The notes beneath the pieces are model-generated. The model was not told the DNA's origin and ran no database searches. It saw only the letters and a list, made by a program, of their open reading frames with translations. Position numbers and translations under genes: made by a program. From positions 62,001 to 126,000 of the forward strand of contig QPMI01000615.1 of assembly GCA_004431415.1 (NCBI GenBank): a DNA stretch of 64,000 bases, read 5' to 3'. Numbering within the stretch: the first letter of the stretch is position 1; every line of letters begins with the position of its first letter. Below, in pieces: positions 42,178 through 54,882 of the stretch. This stretch comes from Cyanophora paradoxa CCMP329. Taxonomy: Eukaryota; Plantae; Glaucophyta.

Positions 42178-42739
42178 TGCTCTTTCTAAGCTACGGGCGC
42201 GACCGGACCTCCTACCTCGGCGCTTTAACTTTACCCGTGCTGTTTGGGATAGAGCGTAACCCGCAGGGACTGGTGCCCCTGATGGAAAAAAGGGGATCGG
42301 AGCCTAGCTAGCTACGAGCCGAGCAGGCGCTTCTACTACATGTGTGAAAGCAAGCAAGCTCCATGGCTCCACGAGATCTAGAATTACGATTACGATCAGC
42401 TCCAAGCCAAACGTGATGTCACCGTCATGTTTTAGCTTCGTAAGCCTTACATAAGCGCTAGCCCGCTCCCATACAAATTGGCGACTGCGGGAAACGGCCC
42501 AGGCGGCGATCTAGAATTACGATTACGATCAGCTCCAAGCATCAGCTAGACAAGAATTACGATTACGATCAGCTCCAAGCATCATGCAGCTCAGCTCGTA
42601 GCTAGCCTCGGCTCCCATCCCCTTTTCTCCATCAGGGCACCAGTCCCTGCGGGTTACGCTCTATCCCTAACAGCACGGGTATAGTTAAAGCGTTGACGGT
42701 CTAGGAGTGGTCCCGCGCGCCCGTAGCTTAGAAAGAGCA
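42178..42739 (+). mobile_element. Family 1 element with both termini (562 bp)
   Basis: Left-type arm 42178-42334, three internal AGAATTACGATTACGATCAGCTCCAAGC repeats, right-type arm about 42588-42739. Confidence 0.9.
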
Positions 42740-43718
42740 GTACTACGGTAGACACGCGAACACCGCACAGAGGCCCCGAATTCGGTGGGGACATGCAACA
42801 CCCATGAGGGACCGGGACCACTAGCACTAGCAGTTAATTGTTGAACGTGAATCAGCGCTCATCCTGTAGCTGGCATGATCAGCCGCTGAGCGGCTAGCCC
42901 ACAACTTGGCAACGCACATTAATATTGATCCAGATTTGGAGAAAGGCCGGGCCGGGCCCACCATGGACATTCTCTTCGAATTCCTGGATCCGATGATCAT
43001 GATCCGGACCGGATATATATAGTTTTCAGCGAGGGTATGGTCGACGTTACGACTTCATTGTTACATACATATACGGATGTGCTAATGCAAATCGTAATAA
43101 GATCTAGAGAGGCCCACCATGTACCAGTTGCAGATACCAGCTTCAGCTGCAGTTGAGAGCGCTCATGCATGCAGCGGCTGTAGCTATAGCTTTATGGATA
43201 AAGCTATATATAGCTAGCTAGCATGCTCACGTGCACGCACGCCATGACGTGAGCACTACGATCAGCTTGCAATTGGCGAATTAAACCCCGAGCCCCAGGG
43301 CCCCGTCCAACCCCCTAATCAAAATTCAGCACATTGATCTATCAGCACATGTACAGTGCTAGCTATACATATATATAGACTTATATATAGTGCTAGCGCT
43401 AGCGCTAGCCCCAATGACCGGTACCTAAAGGATCTCGAATCGAGTTGGCCTCAAGGTGCCTCGAGCTCGAGGGTCAAGGTCCGCCCATACGTATACAAAC
43501 TTTTTTGTATGGGAGCGGCCAGTTGCAGCTTGGGCGGCCGCCCTGACCTCCCGGAGTCCACCTTCTAGATCTGCAGCTGGCAATTACTAGTTAAATTGTG
43601 TTATATGATCAATCGTAGCAAAGAGCGACTGGATCTGAAACACAGATCGAGTACTAGTATAAGATGCAGGATGAAGTGGTAGATCAGGTTATTTTTCACG
43701 TATGGCGCAAAATTTGTA

Positions 43719-43769
43719 TGCTCTTTCTAAGCTACGGGCGCGACCCGGCGGCGGCGGCGGCGGCGGACC
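43719..43769 (+). mobile_element. Family 1 terminal remnant with internal CGG expansion
   Basis: TGCTCTTTCTAAGCTACGGGCGCGACC-(CGG)n-ACCT versus consensus ...GCGACCGGACCT. Confidence 0.75.
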
Positions 43770-43899
43770 TTCCCATCGCCACCGCAGAACCGCAGAGCAC
43801 CCTTTCGAATGACGAACTGCGAGCCGCGCGCGGACGCGTTCAAGGGGGAAGGTGAAGAAGAGGGGTACCAAGGCCAAACCCCAGGGCAAGCTGCAAGCG

Positions 43900-44909
43900 A
43901 TGGATGCGAACTACAGCTTCAGTCTTACGACATTCAGTCCATCAGGGAAGCTTGTACAGATCGAATATGCACTGAATGCGGTTGCGGCCGGCGCAACATC
44001 GCTTGGCATCAAAGGTGCCCTAGCAATGGCGCAGGCTATGCATCAAAGGCGTAATCGCTGACGCGCTGCAGCGACGAATGGAGTCGTGCTGGCAACGGAG
44101 AAGAAGCTGCCGACGGCACTCATCGACGACAGCACGGTCCAGAAAATCTCGCTCCAGAGCGACAACATCGGCGTCGTGTACTCCGGCATGGGCCCGGATT
44201 CGCGCGTACTCGTCCGCAAGGGCCGCAAATCCGCACAAGCGTACCACCGGATGTACAAAGAGGCCATCCCGGTTTCTCAGCTCGTCCGCGAGATTGCGTC
44301 CGTGATGCAGGAGTACACGCAGCAGGGGTCCGCTCGCTGCCCCCTCCAGTCGGCGCCTGCGCAGCTGACCATTTCGCCTCGTCCGCGTAGTGGCGTGCGA
44401 CCATTCGGCGTGTCCCTGCTCGTTGCAGGATACGACGAGCAGGGCCCGCACCTGTATCAGGTGCGCCCGCGTGGATTGCTGCGCGTACGCGGCATGCCGA
44501 CTGTCCTCAGGTTGACCCGTCGGGCTCGTACTGGGCGTGGAAGGCATCGGCTATCGGCAAGAACTTCGTGAACGCGAAAACATTCTTGGAAAAGCGGTGC
44601 GTACTCCAACGTGCCTTTATCGTGCCGTGAACTCACATTGACCGGTGCGCCGCGCCCGCAGTTACAACGAGCAAATGGAGCTCGAGGATGCAATTCACAC
44701 GGCCATTTTGACGCTGAAGGAGGTGCGGCCCACCGCGCGTCCGCGCTCCTCGTCCGCTCGCGCGCCGCCCACGGCCACTCCCTCGCTCGCAGGGCTTCGA
44801 GGGCGAGATGAACGAGCGTAACATCGAGATCGCTGTCGTCGGCGAGGACAAAAAGTTCCGCGTCCTCACCCCCGCCGAGGTCAAAGATTACCTCTCCGAG
44901 GTCCAATGA
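43900..44909 (+). CDS. PSMA2: 20S proteasome subunit alpha type 2
   Basis: [50 protein letters not shown] and [15 protein letters not shown]. Confidence 0.95.
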
Positions 44910-45462
44910 TCCAGCTCCGCGCCCCTCGTTTCCCGCGCCGGGCGCCGCCCCTCCGATCCTCCCGCCCGCCGCCCCCGATCTCCGCGTCTCCGCTCCCGCC
45001 ACTGCCCCCTTCGTCCTCCCTCTTCCCCCCGCTCCCTCCCTTTGGGACCCTGCGGTACTGCGAAGTCCGCCTGTAGATCTGAGCAGCTGTCCAATTGGCA
45101 GACCGTTGGACACGGTCAAATTGGCCAGCATTGCTCCGCCGCCGGCGGGGCGGGGCGCGCGGGGCGCTAGAGGGCCCGCACGAGGCTCCGCATGTAGTCG
45201 GTCCAGAGGGCAGAGGGCCAGGGACAGTCCCTCGCCGAGTCGAGGGGGAGTCTCACGAACGGTAAATCCATATTCAAGCGAACAACACCCCTGACCTTGC
45301 GCTGAGACACTATAGCTAGCCAGACTCGAAATTAAAGCATGCGCAGCCAGTTCTGAGAGAGGGCACGACGTGATGTCCAGGCGCTAGCCCGGCGCCGGCG
45401 AGTTTGGGCGGCCCCGGCCTCGCCGAGGCCACCGCGATGCGTACTGGATGCGCGCGCGCCTG

Positions 45463-46025
45463 TTACCTCTCCTTCTTGGCCTCCTGCGACTTCGCGGCCG
45501 CGGGCGGCGCCGGAGGCGAAGCTGGAGGCAGCGTGTAGACCTGCGCGTGCGGCGGGAGTCGGTCTATAGCTAGCTATAAATCTGAGCGCCGCTGGATTGA
45601 CTCAGTGAGTAGCGGACCAAGTACCCGACCAGCGAGACGAGGATTGTTCCAGACAAGCAATAGGGCAGCATCTGCGGCCCCCCGAGCCCCATGAAGCTAT
45701 TGCCCGCGGGCCTGCTAAGATTGGTTCGCACTTGCAAGATCATCAGCGCCGTCTGCACAAGCGATCGGAAACGGCCGCGCGCGCGCGCGGGCCGATTGAT
45801 CAGTTTTCTGGTTTGAGCGCGCAGGCAAGCTACGGACCCGCGAGTTTTTGTACGCGTCGGGGCCATGCTCAAACAAGAGCCCGATCTGGTGCGCGGGTCA
45901 GCGTAGTTTTGTACGGGACGAAGGCGATTGCGCGCCAAGACCGATGATGGCGTCACCGCACACGCTATAGCAAGCACGAACATCCCTATTATCACGGCGG
46001 AATTCGGACCCGGTGCTGCGGCCAT
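45463..46025 (-). CDS. Small hypothetical membrane protein (multi-exon)
   Basis: Hydrophobic segments VIIGMFVLAIAC and CLSGTILVSLVGYLV; spliceable to the last exon VYTLPPASPP..KKER-stop. Confidence 0.45.
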
Positions 46026-46091
46026 GGCACCGGCCTGGGTACCGCCTATCTGCGGCTGTAAGAACCTCCTGCTTTTTTGCCCAAACAGCTC

Positions 46092-46483
46092 ATGCGGCTA
46101 AGCCAAGTGCATGTGTGGATCGTAGGGGCGTCCAGCGGCTTGGGCGAAGAGGTCCGTTGCGGCCGGCGACCGTCGGACACCGAGCGCGAGCGGCATCAAA
46201 CGCACGCGCGCGTCCGAGCGCTTAACCCCGTCGCGCAGCTAGCGCGATTATTGCACAAGCGCGGCTGCACTCTCAGTCTAAGTGTGCCGATTGCCGCCGA
46301 GCCGCCGCGCGGCGCCGGCGCCGACTAAGTGTCCGGCGCTAATCGCAGGTGCGCGGCGCGGTGATCTTTTGGAGGCGCTTTCTAAAGAGCTGCAATCGTC
46401 CAGCCAGAGCTCGCAACCAGTGCGAGTCTTCCCGCTCGACGTTGGCGACGCGGAGCGAGTCTTCGCCACTGCAGAGCGAGTGC

Positions 46484-46523
<40 letters not shown>

Positions 46524-47534
46524 CCCCTGCGCTGCGGCACTCGTCACCTCTCGTATCTCTTCTGATCGCGCACAGGTCCGCAGCGAAGGCGGAGGTGCGT
46601 CCTCGCATCGCCGACCGGTTGCTCTCGCGCAACGCTGAGAACAAGCGCGCGCCCGGCTGCATGCTGGCGCGCGCCGCGGCGCCCGCAGCGATCGACGTGC
46701 TGATCGTGGCGGCGGGCATCAACCAGCGGGGCCTCGCGACGGCCGATGTGGACGCGGCGCTTGCCGAGCGCGTCGTGAGGACGAACCTGCTGGGGGCCAT
46801 CTTCGCCGCGCAGGCCGTCCTCAAGCCGATGCTGGCGGCGGGGCGGGGCGCCATCGTGGGCATCTCGTCGCTGGCCGGCTACCGCGCCCTGCCCGGGGCC
46901 TCGGTGTACGGCGCCTCCAAGAGCGCCCTCTCCTACTTCCTCGAGACGCTCGCCATCGAGTGCCGCGGCACCGGCGTCCTCGTCTCCGACGTCTGCCCCG
47001 TGCGCCCCCGGCGATGGCCGGGCCGGGCGCTGACGACGGGCCGGCCCCGAGGCGGCCCCCGCCTCCTCTCCATTCCATGCTGCCCGAACTGCCGCCCACT
47101 GACTGCCCCGCAGGGCTTCTTCGAGAGCCCAGCGACGAAGGACCTCGGAAACGTAAAGGCTCGCCCCGCCCCCTCTCTCGTCTAGGGTCAAGCCGCCGCA
47201 CGCTCTGACCGGCGCGCACTGCGGCAGCCGATGGAGATGGCGGCGGAGCAGGTGAAACTCATGAGAGTCGTTGTCGTGTGCTGATGCAAACCCCCACGCA
47301 GGCGGCGCAGGAGGTCATCTCTGCCATCGAGGCCCGCAAGGAGCACCACGGCGCGCCCGGCCCCGGGCGCCATCCCAGGCCTAGATGTGGAGGTGACGGA
47401 GGGGGCCCGGGGCCGCAGGCTTCCCCTGGCTCTTCGAGGCGGTCATCATGCGCGCGCAGCGCTGGCTCCCACGCTTCCTCTACAACCCCGTCATCGCCAG
47501 GCTCGCCGTCCCTCTGCCAAAAGCACCGGCCTGA
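46092..47534 (+). CDS. Short-chain dehydrogenase/reductase (SDR)
   Basis: WIVGASSGLG Rossmann motif, IDVLIVAAGI, TNLLG, ISSLAG and catalytic YGASK. Confidence 0.9.
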
Positions 47535-47618
47535 TGCATACGCGCTCAACAAGCGGTCTGGTCTATCGGCGTCTGTCTGTCGCTGCGCTGGGAAAGGGCT
47601 GGCGGGGCTTGGGCCTAG

Positions 47619-50600
47619 CTACGCACTCTGCCCCTCGCCGACGGGGGCAGCAGCCTTGGCCGCGGCGGGGGCGGAGGGCGGGGACTTGCGGGCGGGTGGC
47701 GCCGAGCCGGCGGGGCGGAAGGGGCGCGGCTTCTTCGCAGCGGCTGCCGGCACGGGGGCCGCCGCAGCGGCGGTGCCGGGGGTCACGAGGGGCACGAGCC
47801 CTCGGGCCTGCCCATCTGCAGCCGGCGCGTCCGACGCAGCCGCGGGGCCGCAGCGCCCGCCGCCGCCACCGCGCTGCCCTTGTTGCGGTTGCGGGGCGGG
47901 CGGGGCGGGAGCGGGCCGGTGGCCGCGGGTGCGGCCGCCGCTGGGCGGGGGCGGGGGCGGGGGCGGGGGCGGGGCGGGAGCAGCCGCGGGGGCCGGGGCC
48001 GGGGCCGAGGCGGGGCGGCCGGAGCTGAAGCCTCCTCTGAAGCCTCCGCGGGCGAAGGCGCCGCGGCCGCCGCGGGCGCCGCCGCGGGGAGGGTAGCCCG
48101 GCGGGGCGCCGATAGCGCCGCCGCGGCCCGTGGAGCGGAACATGACGCCGCCGCGGGCGCCGTGGGTCATCGCGGAGAGGCGCCGGTTCTGGGGCAAGGC
48201 GTGGGCGGGGGGGAGGGGGCGGGGCGGAGGGTGCAGGGGCACCAGCTCGTTGCGCTCTTCGATCTCCTTCTCGAGGGCGGGGAGGAAGTCGAGCTGCTGC
48301 TCGATGAGCATGCGGCAGCCCTCCGCCGCCTGCGGCCCCCGCGCGTCAGCCCGAGGGCAGAGCGGGGCGGGGCGGGCGGGGCGGCGGCGCGCACGTCGAC
48401 GGGCCCGACGATGTGGACGATGGAGGAGTCCGGGTGCGCGCTGGCGAGCTCCTCGTCGGCCGTCGGCATCGCCTCTGCGCGGCCCGAGGGAGGCGTGGGC
48501 GGGAGGGGGCCCCGGGCGCGGGAGGACGGGGGGGGGGCACCGGCGCCGTGGTCGGAGGCGTCGTCGTCGAAGTCCGCCTCCTCCTCGTCGGCCCCCGCCC
48601 GGCGCCGCCCGGCGTCCCCCGCCACCCCGCCCCGCCCCCGCCCCCGCCCGCGGGCCCCGCCCCGCCCGCCCCGCGCCGCGCCGCCGGCCCTGCTCCGCGA
48701 ATCCACGAAGTCGATGCGGTAGACGCCGCCTGCGCTCCCGGGTCGGACCAGTCTCCGAGGCGCGGGGCGAGCGAGCGGGCGGGGGCGGGGCGGGGAGCGC
48801 GGGCGCACTCTTCTCCTTGATGGACTGGATGTTGGCGCCCTTGGCGCCGACGATGCGGCCGACGAGGCTCGAGGGGACGGCGAAGCGGATGCGGACGACC
48901 TCGAGGAGGCGGCGGGCCTGCTGCACGGCCTCCTCGCTCGCCCCCGTCACGTACACGGACCCGTCGTCCTCGATGTCGATCCGCTCCACGCCCGCCACCG
49001 CCTGCGCCTTCCGCAGGTTCGCGCCCCGCGCCCCGATCGTGGTCCCGATCAGGTCCCGCTCCACCTTCCCCCGCGTGAGTGGCGGCCAGGGGCGAAGAGG
49101 CGGCAAGGGGGCGAGACGAGGGCGGAGCACCGTGAAGCAGAGGTGGACCTTGCCGTCGACGGCGGCGGCGGCGGCGTGCGCGGGGGCGACGGCCGCAATG
49201 CTGGCGGCGGCGGCGCGCACGTTCTTCCGCTCCAGCTCCGCCGCCAGCTTCTCCGCCAGCGCGCTCTTCTCCTTCGAGATCACGTACGCACTGCGCGGCC
49301 GCGAGGGCGCAGCGTGGGCGCGTGCGGCAGCAGGCGAGATGCGGCAAGGCCGGCGGAGAGCGCACGTGTGCTTCTGCCGCACGTACGAGTCCGCCTGCGC
49401 GAGGGGCGCTGAGCGGCGGTGGCCGCCGTGGGGCGCGCCGGCCGGCCGGCGGGGGAGGGCGCACGAGGAGGCGGCAGCGCTCGACGGCACGCTCGGCGCC
49501 GACGACGCAAAGCTTGAGGCGCGGCTGCCCCTGCGCCTGCTTCTTCCCGCCCTGCGCCTGCTCCGACTCCACCCAGACGCGCCTGCGCGGCGAGTCGGCG
49601 GGGGCGGCGGCCGCCGGCCCCGCGCAGCGCGGCGCACATGACGCCGGTGCGCTCGCCGAGCTCCGCGTCGACGTCCGTGCTCCAGACGCTGTGCGCCGGC
49701 GCCCGGTCGGGGAGGCCACCGGCGCGGGCGCGCGGCGGGCCGCACGTCTCGATGCCGTTGACGACGGATATGCGGCAGCCAATGGCGCTCAGGAACGCCT
49801 CCGCATACTGGCGCTCGATCGGGAACTCGGCGCGGACGAGCCGCGGCATGGAAACGACGGCCGTCCCGCGGTAGCTCGGGCGGACCGCGTCCAGCTCCAC
49901 GATCTGCGAAGCGCCCTCGGCGAAAACGTACGCGTACGCGCGACGCGCGCTCGCGCTCTCTCGCCGCCCACGCGAACCTCCTCGAACGAGTCCTCCCCTT
50001 CCCCGAGGTACCTGCGCTTGTGTTCGCACAGCCGTGAAGGCAATGGCGAGCTGGACCACGGACCGGATGACGGCGAAGGAGCCCTTCATGCTGACGACCG
50101 TCGCCTCCCCTGCAATGAACGATCGGACGTGCGGCGGAATGCTGGAGAGGCATGGGCGTACAGTAGCTGAAAGGCTCGTCGTGGTTGATCCGTGTTCGCA
50201 CCTGCACACAGCCGTTTGCCTGGCGCTTGAACGAACTACCGAAGCACGCTACGCACCTCCACAGGCGTTCCCGGCTGCGGGACGAACCCGACGGCCTCGG
50301 GCGGAACGCGCCTGACGCGTTCCAGAGGAGCGTACTCGATGTGCGAGCTCGAAAGCGGGCCAGTCGGGCCGTGAGCCTGCAGCGGGTTCAGCCATTCGAG
50401 GCTTCACGGACGACGTACACTGGCATGGCGACGAACCTGGCCCGCGACGTCTTCGTGGTGGCTCGCAGGGAATCCCTCAAAAAAGACCTGGACGGCGCCA
50501 TCTGACGCCCGCACGTCGAGGACGCGGGCCAAGTAGAAGCCCTGCGAAGTGTGAGCGAAGCTTGGTTGGGTCCGTCGTAAATCAAGCAACACACGTTCCG

Positions 50601-50645
50601 CGACACTTCCTTGACCTCGACCAGGCCGCGAGTGGCGCCCGCCAT
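47619..50645 (-). CDS. FMRP/FXR-like RNA-binding protein: tandem Agenet/Tudor, KH1, KH2 and RGG box
   Basis: LVEVKEVSRN|GFYLARVLDV, VQVRTRINHDEPFSY..ATVVSMKGSFAVI..IVELDAVRP, VERDLIGTTIGARGANLRKAQAVAGV..ARRLLE, VPSSLVGRIVGAKGANIQSIKEKS and RGGARGGRGAFARGGFRGG. Confidence 0.85.
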
Positions 50646-50836
50646 CCTCCTCTGCTGTCACTGTGTTGAGAGCTTGGGGGTACAACGTGCAACTGCTACC
50701 ACAAAAAGCGCGGACCCACACCGGCATCAAACGCCGTCAGCAGGCCCGGTGGTTTGAACTCGCCTGAAGAGCACGTCCGAAGTATCTGGCATTGAACTAG
50801 CAATCGTGCAGCCGGCAAAGTGACCCGCGCGCCAGC

Positions 50837-51870
50837 ATGGGCGGAGGCTCGTCTGGTGCGCAAGGCCTCCTGCATAATACACCCGAAGCAGCATAATAGT
50901 GCCGCGGGATGCCGCGCCCGCGCTATTTATGCTGCTTCGGGTGTATCGACGGCTGGTGAGGGCGGCCTCTTCTCCAATTGACTGCTCTCTCAGGCCTGCG
51001 CGTGTTTCCATGCTTCGGCGCGCCCCCGGTAGATCCACAAGGGCCATCACCGGCGCGGCGAAATGATCCGGAGTCGCGGCGGAAAGAGGAAGCGCGGGCT
51101 GGTCCATCTAGCAACCTCGCCCAGCAGTCTCCAGCCGCCCAGGGCAGCGGGCGCCGCGGGCGCGTTAGCCCGGGTCTCGACCCGCCCGATCCCAACAAGG
51201 CCGACACCGAGCACGAGTCGAAGATTCAGAGCAAACCCCTCTCTAGAAAACCTTCTTTCGAGTCCGGAATGCTCGCTGTAGAGCCCCTGACTCCCGCACC
51301 GCGGTCCCGGTACGCGTCCCCATGCTGCACCCGGCCTGTTCGGAGTCCAACGCCGCCTCCCGCAGGGAGGGATCCTTTGCGACGACGCATGCCCCCAACA
51401 TTCACGCAGCGCAACGCCAAAAGCTAGAGGCCGCGCGCGAGCTGGCGGCCCAGGCAGTTGCGGATCGGAAGGACAGCTCCCGAGAACGACCCGGCGCCAA
51501 CGCGGGCCCCAGCGCGCCTCCCCCCGCGGACGAGGAACGGGAGGAGGCTGCCGATGCGGGTGGCAACACCGAGCGGGATCTATTCATGAAGAAGATCGAC
51601 GAGCGTTTCGAGAGGTGGCTTCGCAAGGATGCTCTGGAGTGCATCTACGAGGCTAGGGTGCGCCCTGTCTCCTGCGAAGCAGTATCTTCCTTTGCAGTCC
51701 TCTTTATGGGCTCCTTTTCGCGCCGGCCTCCCTGCCCTCTAACAAGTGCCGGCAGGGCCAGATCATCCCACCGTGGGAGGAGGCGGATGCCGGCGCTTCG
51801 CTCGCCAGAAGCCCGTCGCGCAAAAGCATACAAGCTGGTAGCAGCTCGCAGCGCGGCGGGGGCGGGCTAG
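50837..51870 (+). CDS. Hypothetical protein, possibly N-acylated (MGGGSS-GLRVFPCFG)
   Basis: ATG 50837 exon can splice into ORF 50978-51427, then ORF 51322-51870; the 3' end is uncertain. Confidence 0.35.
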
Positions 51871-52588
51871 CGCTCGACCGCAGCCAGTCACAGCCCCTCC
51901 GCAAGTCCATTGACGGCCAGTCGGTGCGCCGCTTGGTTTTGCCTTGGCAAACTCGGACTCACCTCCTTAGCAGGCGCCCGACAACTGATGCTTCTCAGCC
52001 AGCGGTTTGTTTCGCCAGCGCTAGCGGTCGGGCAAGCCCTGCCCTCGGGCCAATTTCGAGCTATAGCGCGCTAGCGCTACTTTTCTTCGTTTCTTTTAGA
52101 GGCTACAGTTTAGGCTAGTCGAGGTTATGTTAGGGTTTACATGAACTAATATCGATCGGATCTTTTCTTGCCGCAACTAGCCCCGCTCGCGAGGCGTATG
52201 GCGTTTGGGGCTCCGACCTCGAGCCGCGGCTCGCGTGCTCGTCATTCCTCGAGAAAGTCAGGCACGCCGCGCCGCCCGCTCTATATATTGCCAGCGTAGC
52301 CGCACGCCGCGCCGGGCCGGGCCCGAACTGTTTAACCGCCGCCAGAGGGGTACACACGCTGTCGAACCAGGCTGCTGTCAATTGCAAGAAGGCTCGCCCA
52401 GCATATCGGGTTGACCCGCCCGAGGCGTATAGGGTTTCATATCAGATCAGCGCAGCTGGCGCGCCCTTCGCAGCGTTCCTTCTGAGTGTCGGTCTGTTTC
52501 CGAGCGGTCAGGGTCGCGCGGCTGGACTTTGAGATATCGTGATCTGGATCGTAGCATCTCTTGGCCTCATCCGCACGCGCCTGCAGCG

Positions 52589-54882
52589 ATGGCGGGCTGC
52601 TGGGATGGCGGGCCGCCGCCGGTGCCGTTCACGTCAGCGTCGGTTCCTATCGACCCCTCCGCCGCCGATCATTTTGAAGACTTCCCTCCTTTCAACTTCG
52701 AGGATCCGGCCGCTGAAGGCGAACTGTGCTACGACATGTAAGCGAGGAGCCGCGCGCCAGCGCTCGCGCTGACCGCCTGCGCGTGCACAGATTGATGTCG
52801 CCTGAGGAGGCAGTATCGATGCTTCCCGACCTGTCGCAGGACCTAAGCGGCGGCTTTGTTTTCGACGTGCGTCTGTTCGTGTTCTGACGCAACCGGGAGC
52901 CTTTTCGCCGATCCGCCCCGCCAGCCCCCCAGCGACCTGATCATCCTCCCCTACAATTTTGAAGATCCGCCATTACTTCAGCAGGCCGCCATTCGCGTGC
53001 GCGCGGCGTATGGTGCCTCGAAATGCTCCGTTGACGCGTCGCAGTGCACTCCTGGCCTGCAGCACGTCAGCTTCTCTCAGAAATCGCTGCCGGAGTCGCC
53101 GAGGAGAAGGCGAAGGTCGCTGGCCGAGATGCAGCACAGCGCGCCGCCCGACGGGCCCGCCCTCGGCGCAGACTTCCTGGGCGGCAGCAGGGTCGTCCAC
53201 CCGATAAGGATAAGGAGAACGCCGTCCGCAGCGCTGCAGGCGCAACAGGCGCAGTCCGGGTCGTCATTCGCCTGTTCGTCGCAACAGCATCAATTACAAC
53301 AAGAACGAGAGGAGCAGCAGGAGCAGCAGCAGCAGCAGCAGGCGGCGGCGGCGATGCGGGACGAGGCGACGAGCCCCGTGCTGCCGATCAGCCTCGACGG
53401 GCTCCTCTCCCTGAACATAGGAGGGCAGGGCCCTTCCTCCGCGCCGCGCCAGCCGGAGACGCCGCTGGCGGGCGGGCTCGCCGTGAAGGCGGAGAGCGCC
53501 CCGCGCGCCGCGGCCTCGCCATCGCCCGCGAGCTCCAGCCTGCAGGGCGCCGCCTCCGGCATGCCATCCCCGAGCCCGAAGCAGTCGGGGCCCGGGCGGG
53601 GCGCGCGCAGCGGCTCACAGCCGGGGGCCGCCCCGGCGGCGGCCATCGTGGAGCAGACGCCGGCCGGCTCGCTCCACTCCCGCCTCGTGGCCTCTCTCCG
53701 CTCCATCGAAGTGCACTTCGACCCCGTCGTGCGCCCCCGCGCCCCGCGCTTTGCCAGCCAGCGCAGCGAGCGCGGGGGGCGCCGCAGGCGTCGTACACGC
53801 GGATGCGGGCGGGGGCGGTGGGCCCCGTGGCGACGTGCGGCCCGCGCAGCGTCGAGCTGCACCGCGACTTCACCTTTGACATCGCGCCCACGGTGCGCCG
53901 GCGCGCGGGGGCGCGGGGGCGCGGGGGCGCGGGCGGGCGGGGGGGGGGACCTTTGTCTGACGCAGGCGGCAGGTGCGGGAGGGCGGAGTCGAGGTCTACT
54001 ACGTGAACACGAGCAAGAAGCACGCGCTGCGGGTCACGCCGGCCGACGGCATCGCCGAGGTCTACCCCGTCCTCGTCGCCGCCGACAGTGCGCGCTGCCC
54101 CGCCGTTCACGGGGCGAGCGGGTCGCCGCGCGTCCTTGCGCCCCCGACGCGCCGTGGGCGGCAGGCGGGGAGGCGGTGGACGGGGAGCCGATCGTGTCGA
54201 TCACGAAGGCGCGGGTGGAGACGGCGGCGCGCAAGGTCCGCGTCGAGGCGCAGGCCAAGGGCGGGCCCATGCTCCTCGAGGAGGGCGCCCAGCCCGTCCT
54301 CCAGGTGCCCCGCCCCCGCCCCGCCCCGCCCTGCCCCCTCCGACGCCGCCGCAGGCCCCGGGGCTCGTCTTCCGGCGCAAGGGCGGCTTCGGGCGGTCGC
54401 TGTACGCGATCGCGGCGGTGGGGCGGCGGCCGGACGGGGACGCCGAGCTCCTCGGCTTCATCGCCCCGCTGCGGTGCGTGACGCGGGAGGACCAGATCCC
54501 CGGCTACGCGCCCCCGGACCCGAACGCGCCCCGCGAGCGGCCGCGGAAGAAGTACCGCGTCACCTCCTCCAAGCGGAGCGGCTCCAACGACGAGCTCGGG
54601 CCCGGGCCCCCCGGCGGGCCCGCCACCTCCCCGGAGGGCCCCGCCCCGCTCCTCAGCCCCGCCGGCAGCGCCGCCGAGGGGCCCGCGCCGCTCCCGGCCC
54701 GGGGCGCGCGGCCGGAGGTGCCCGCGGGGGTGTCGCTGGCGGGGCCGTCCTCGGAGCAGCGGGACGCCGCTGAGCTGGGCCTCGACCCCCTCTCCCCCTT
54801 CCCCGTCCCGGACGAGGCGCAGAGCCTCGCCTCCCTCATCGCAGACTCCCCCTACTCCAATTTCCTCGGCGCCTGCATATGA
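52589..54882 (+). CDS. Hypothetical protein with acidic N-terminus, poly-Q, beta-rich globular core and basic NLS-like stretch (transcription-factor-like layout)
   Basis: Spliceable high-GC3 exons; QQQQ tract; RERPRKKYR after the globular region; stop at 54882. Confidence 0.55.

Noticed and set aside
42378-42582. Three AGAATTACGATTACGATCAGCTCCAAGC repeats as a CRISPR array
   Set aside because: Spacing is irregular, the context is eukaryotic, no cas genes are present, and the repeats lie inside a TIR element.
48130-49782. Long antisense or alternate-frame Arg/Pro/Gly-rich ORFs (also 25801-26862, 62408-63778 and others)
   Set aside because: These are shadow ORFs caused by extreme GC and stop-codon scarcity opposite real genes.
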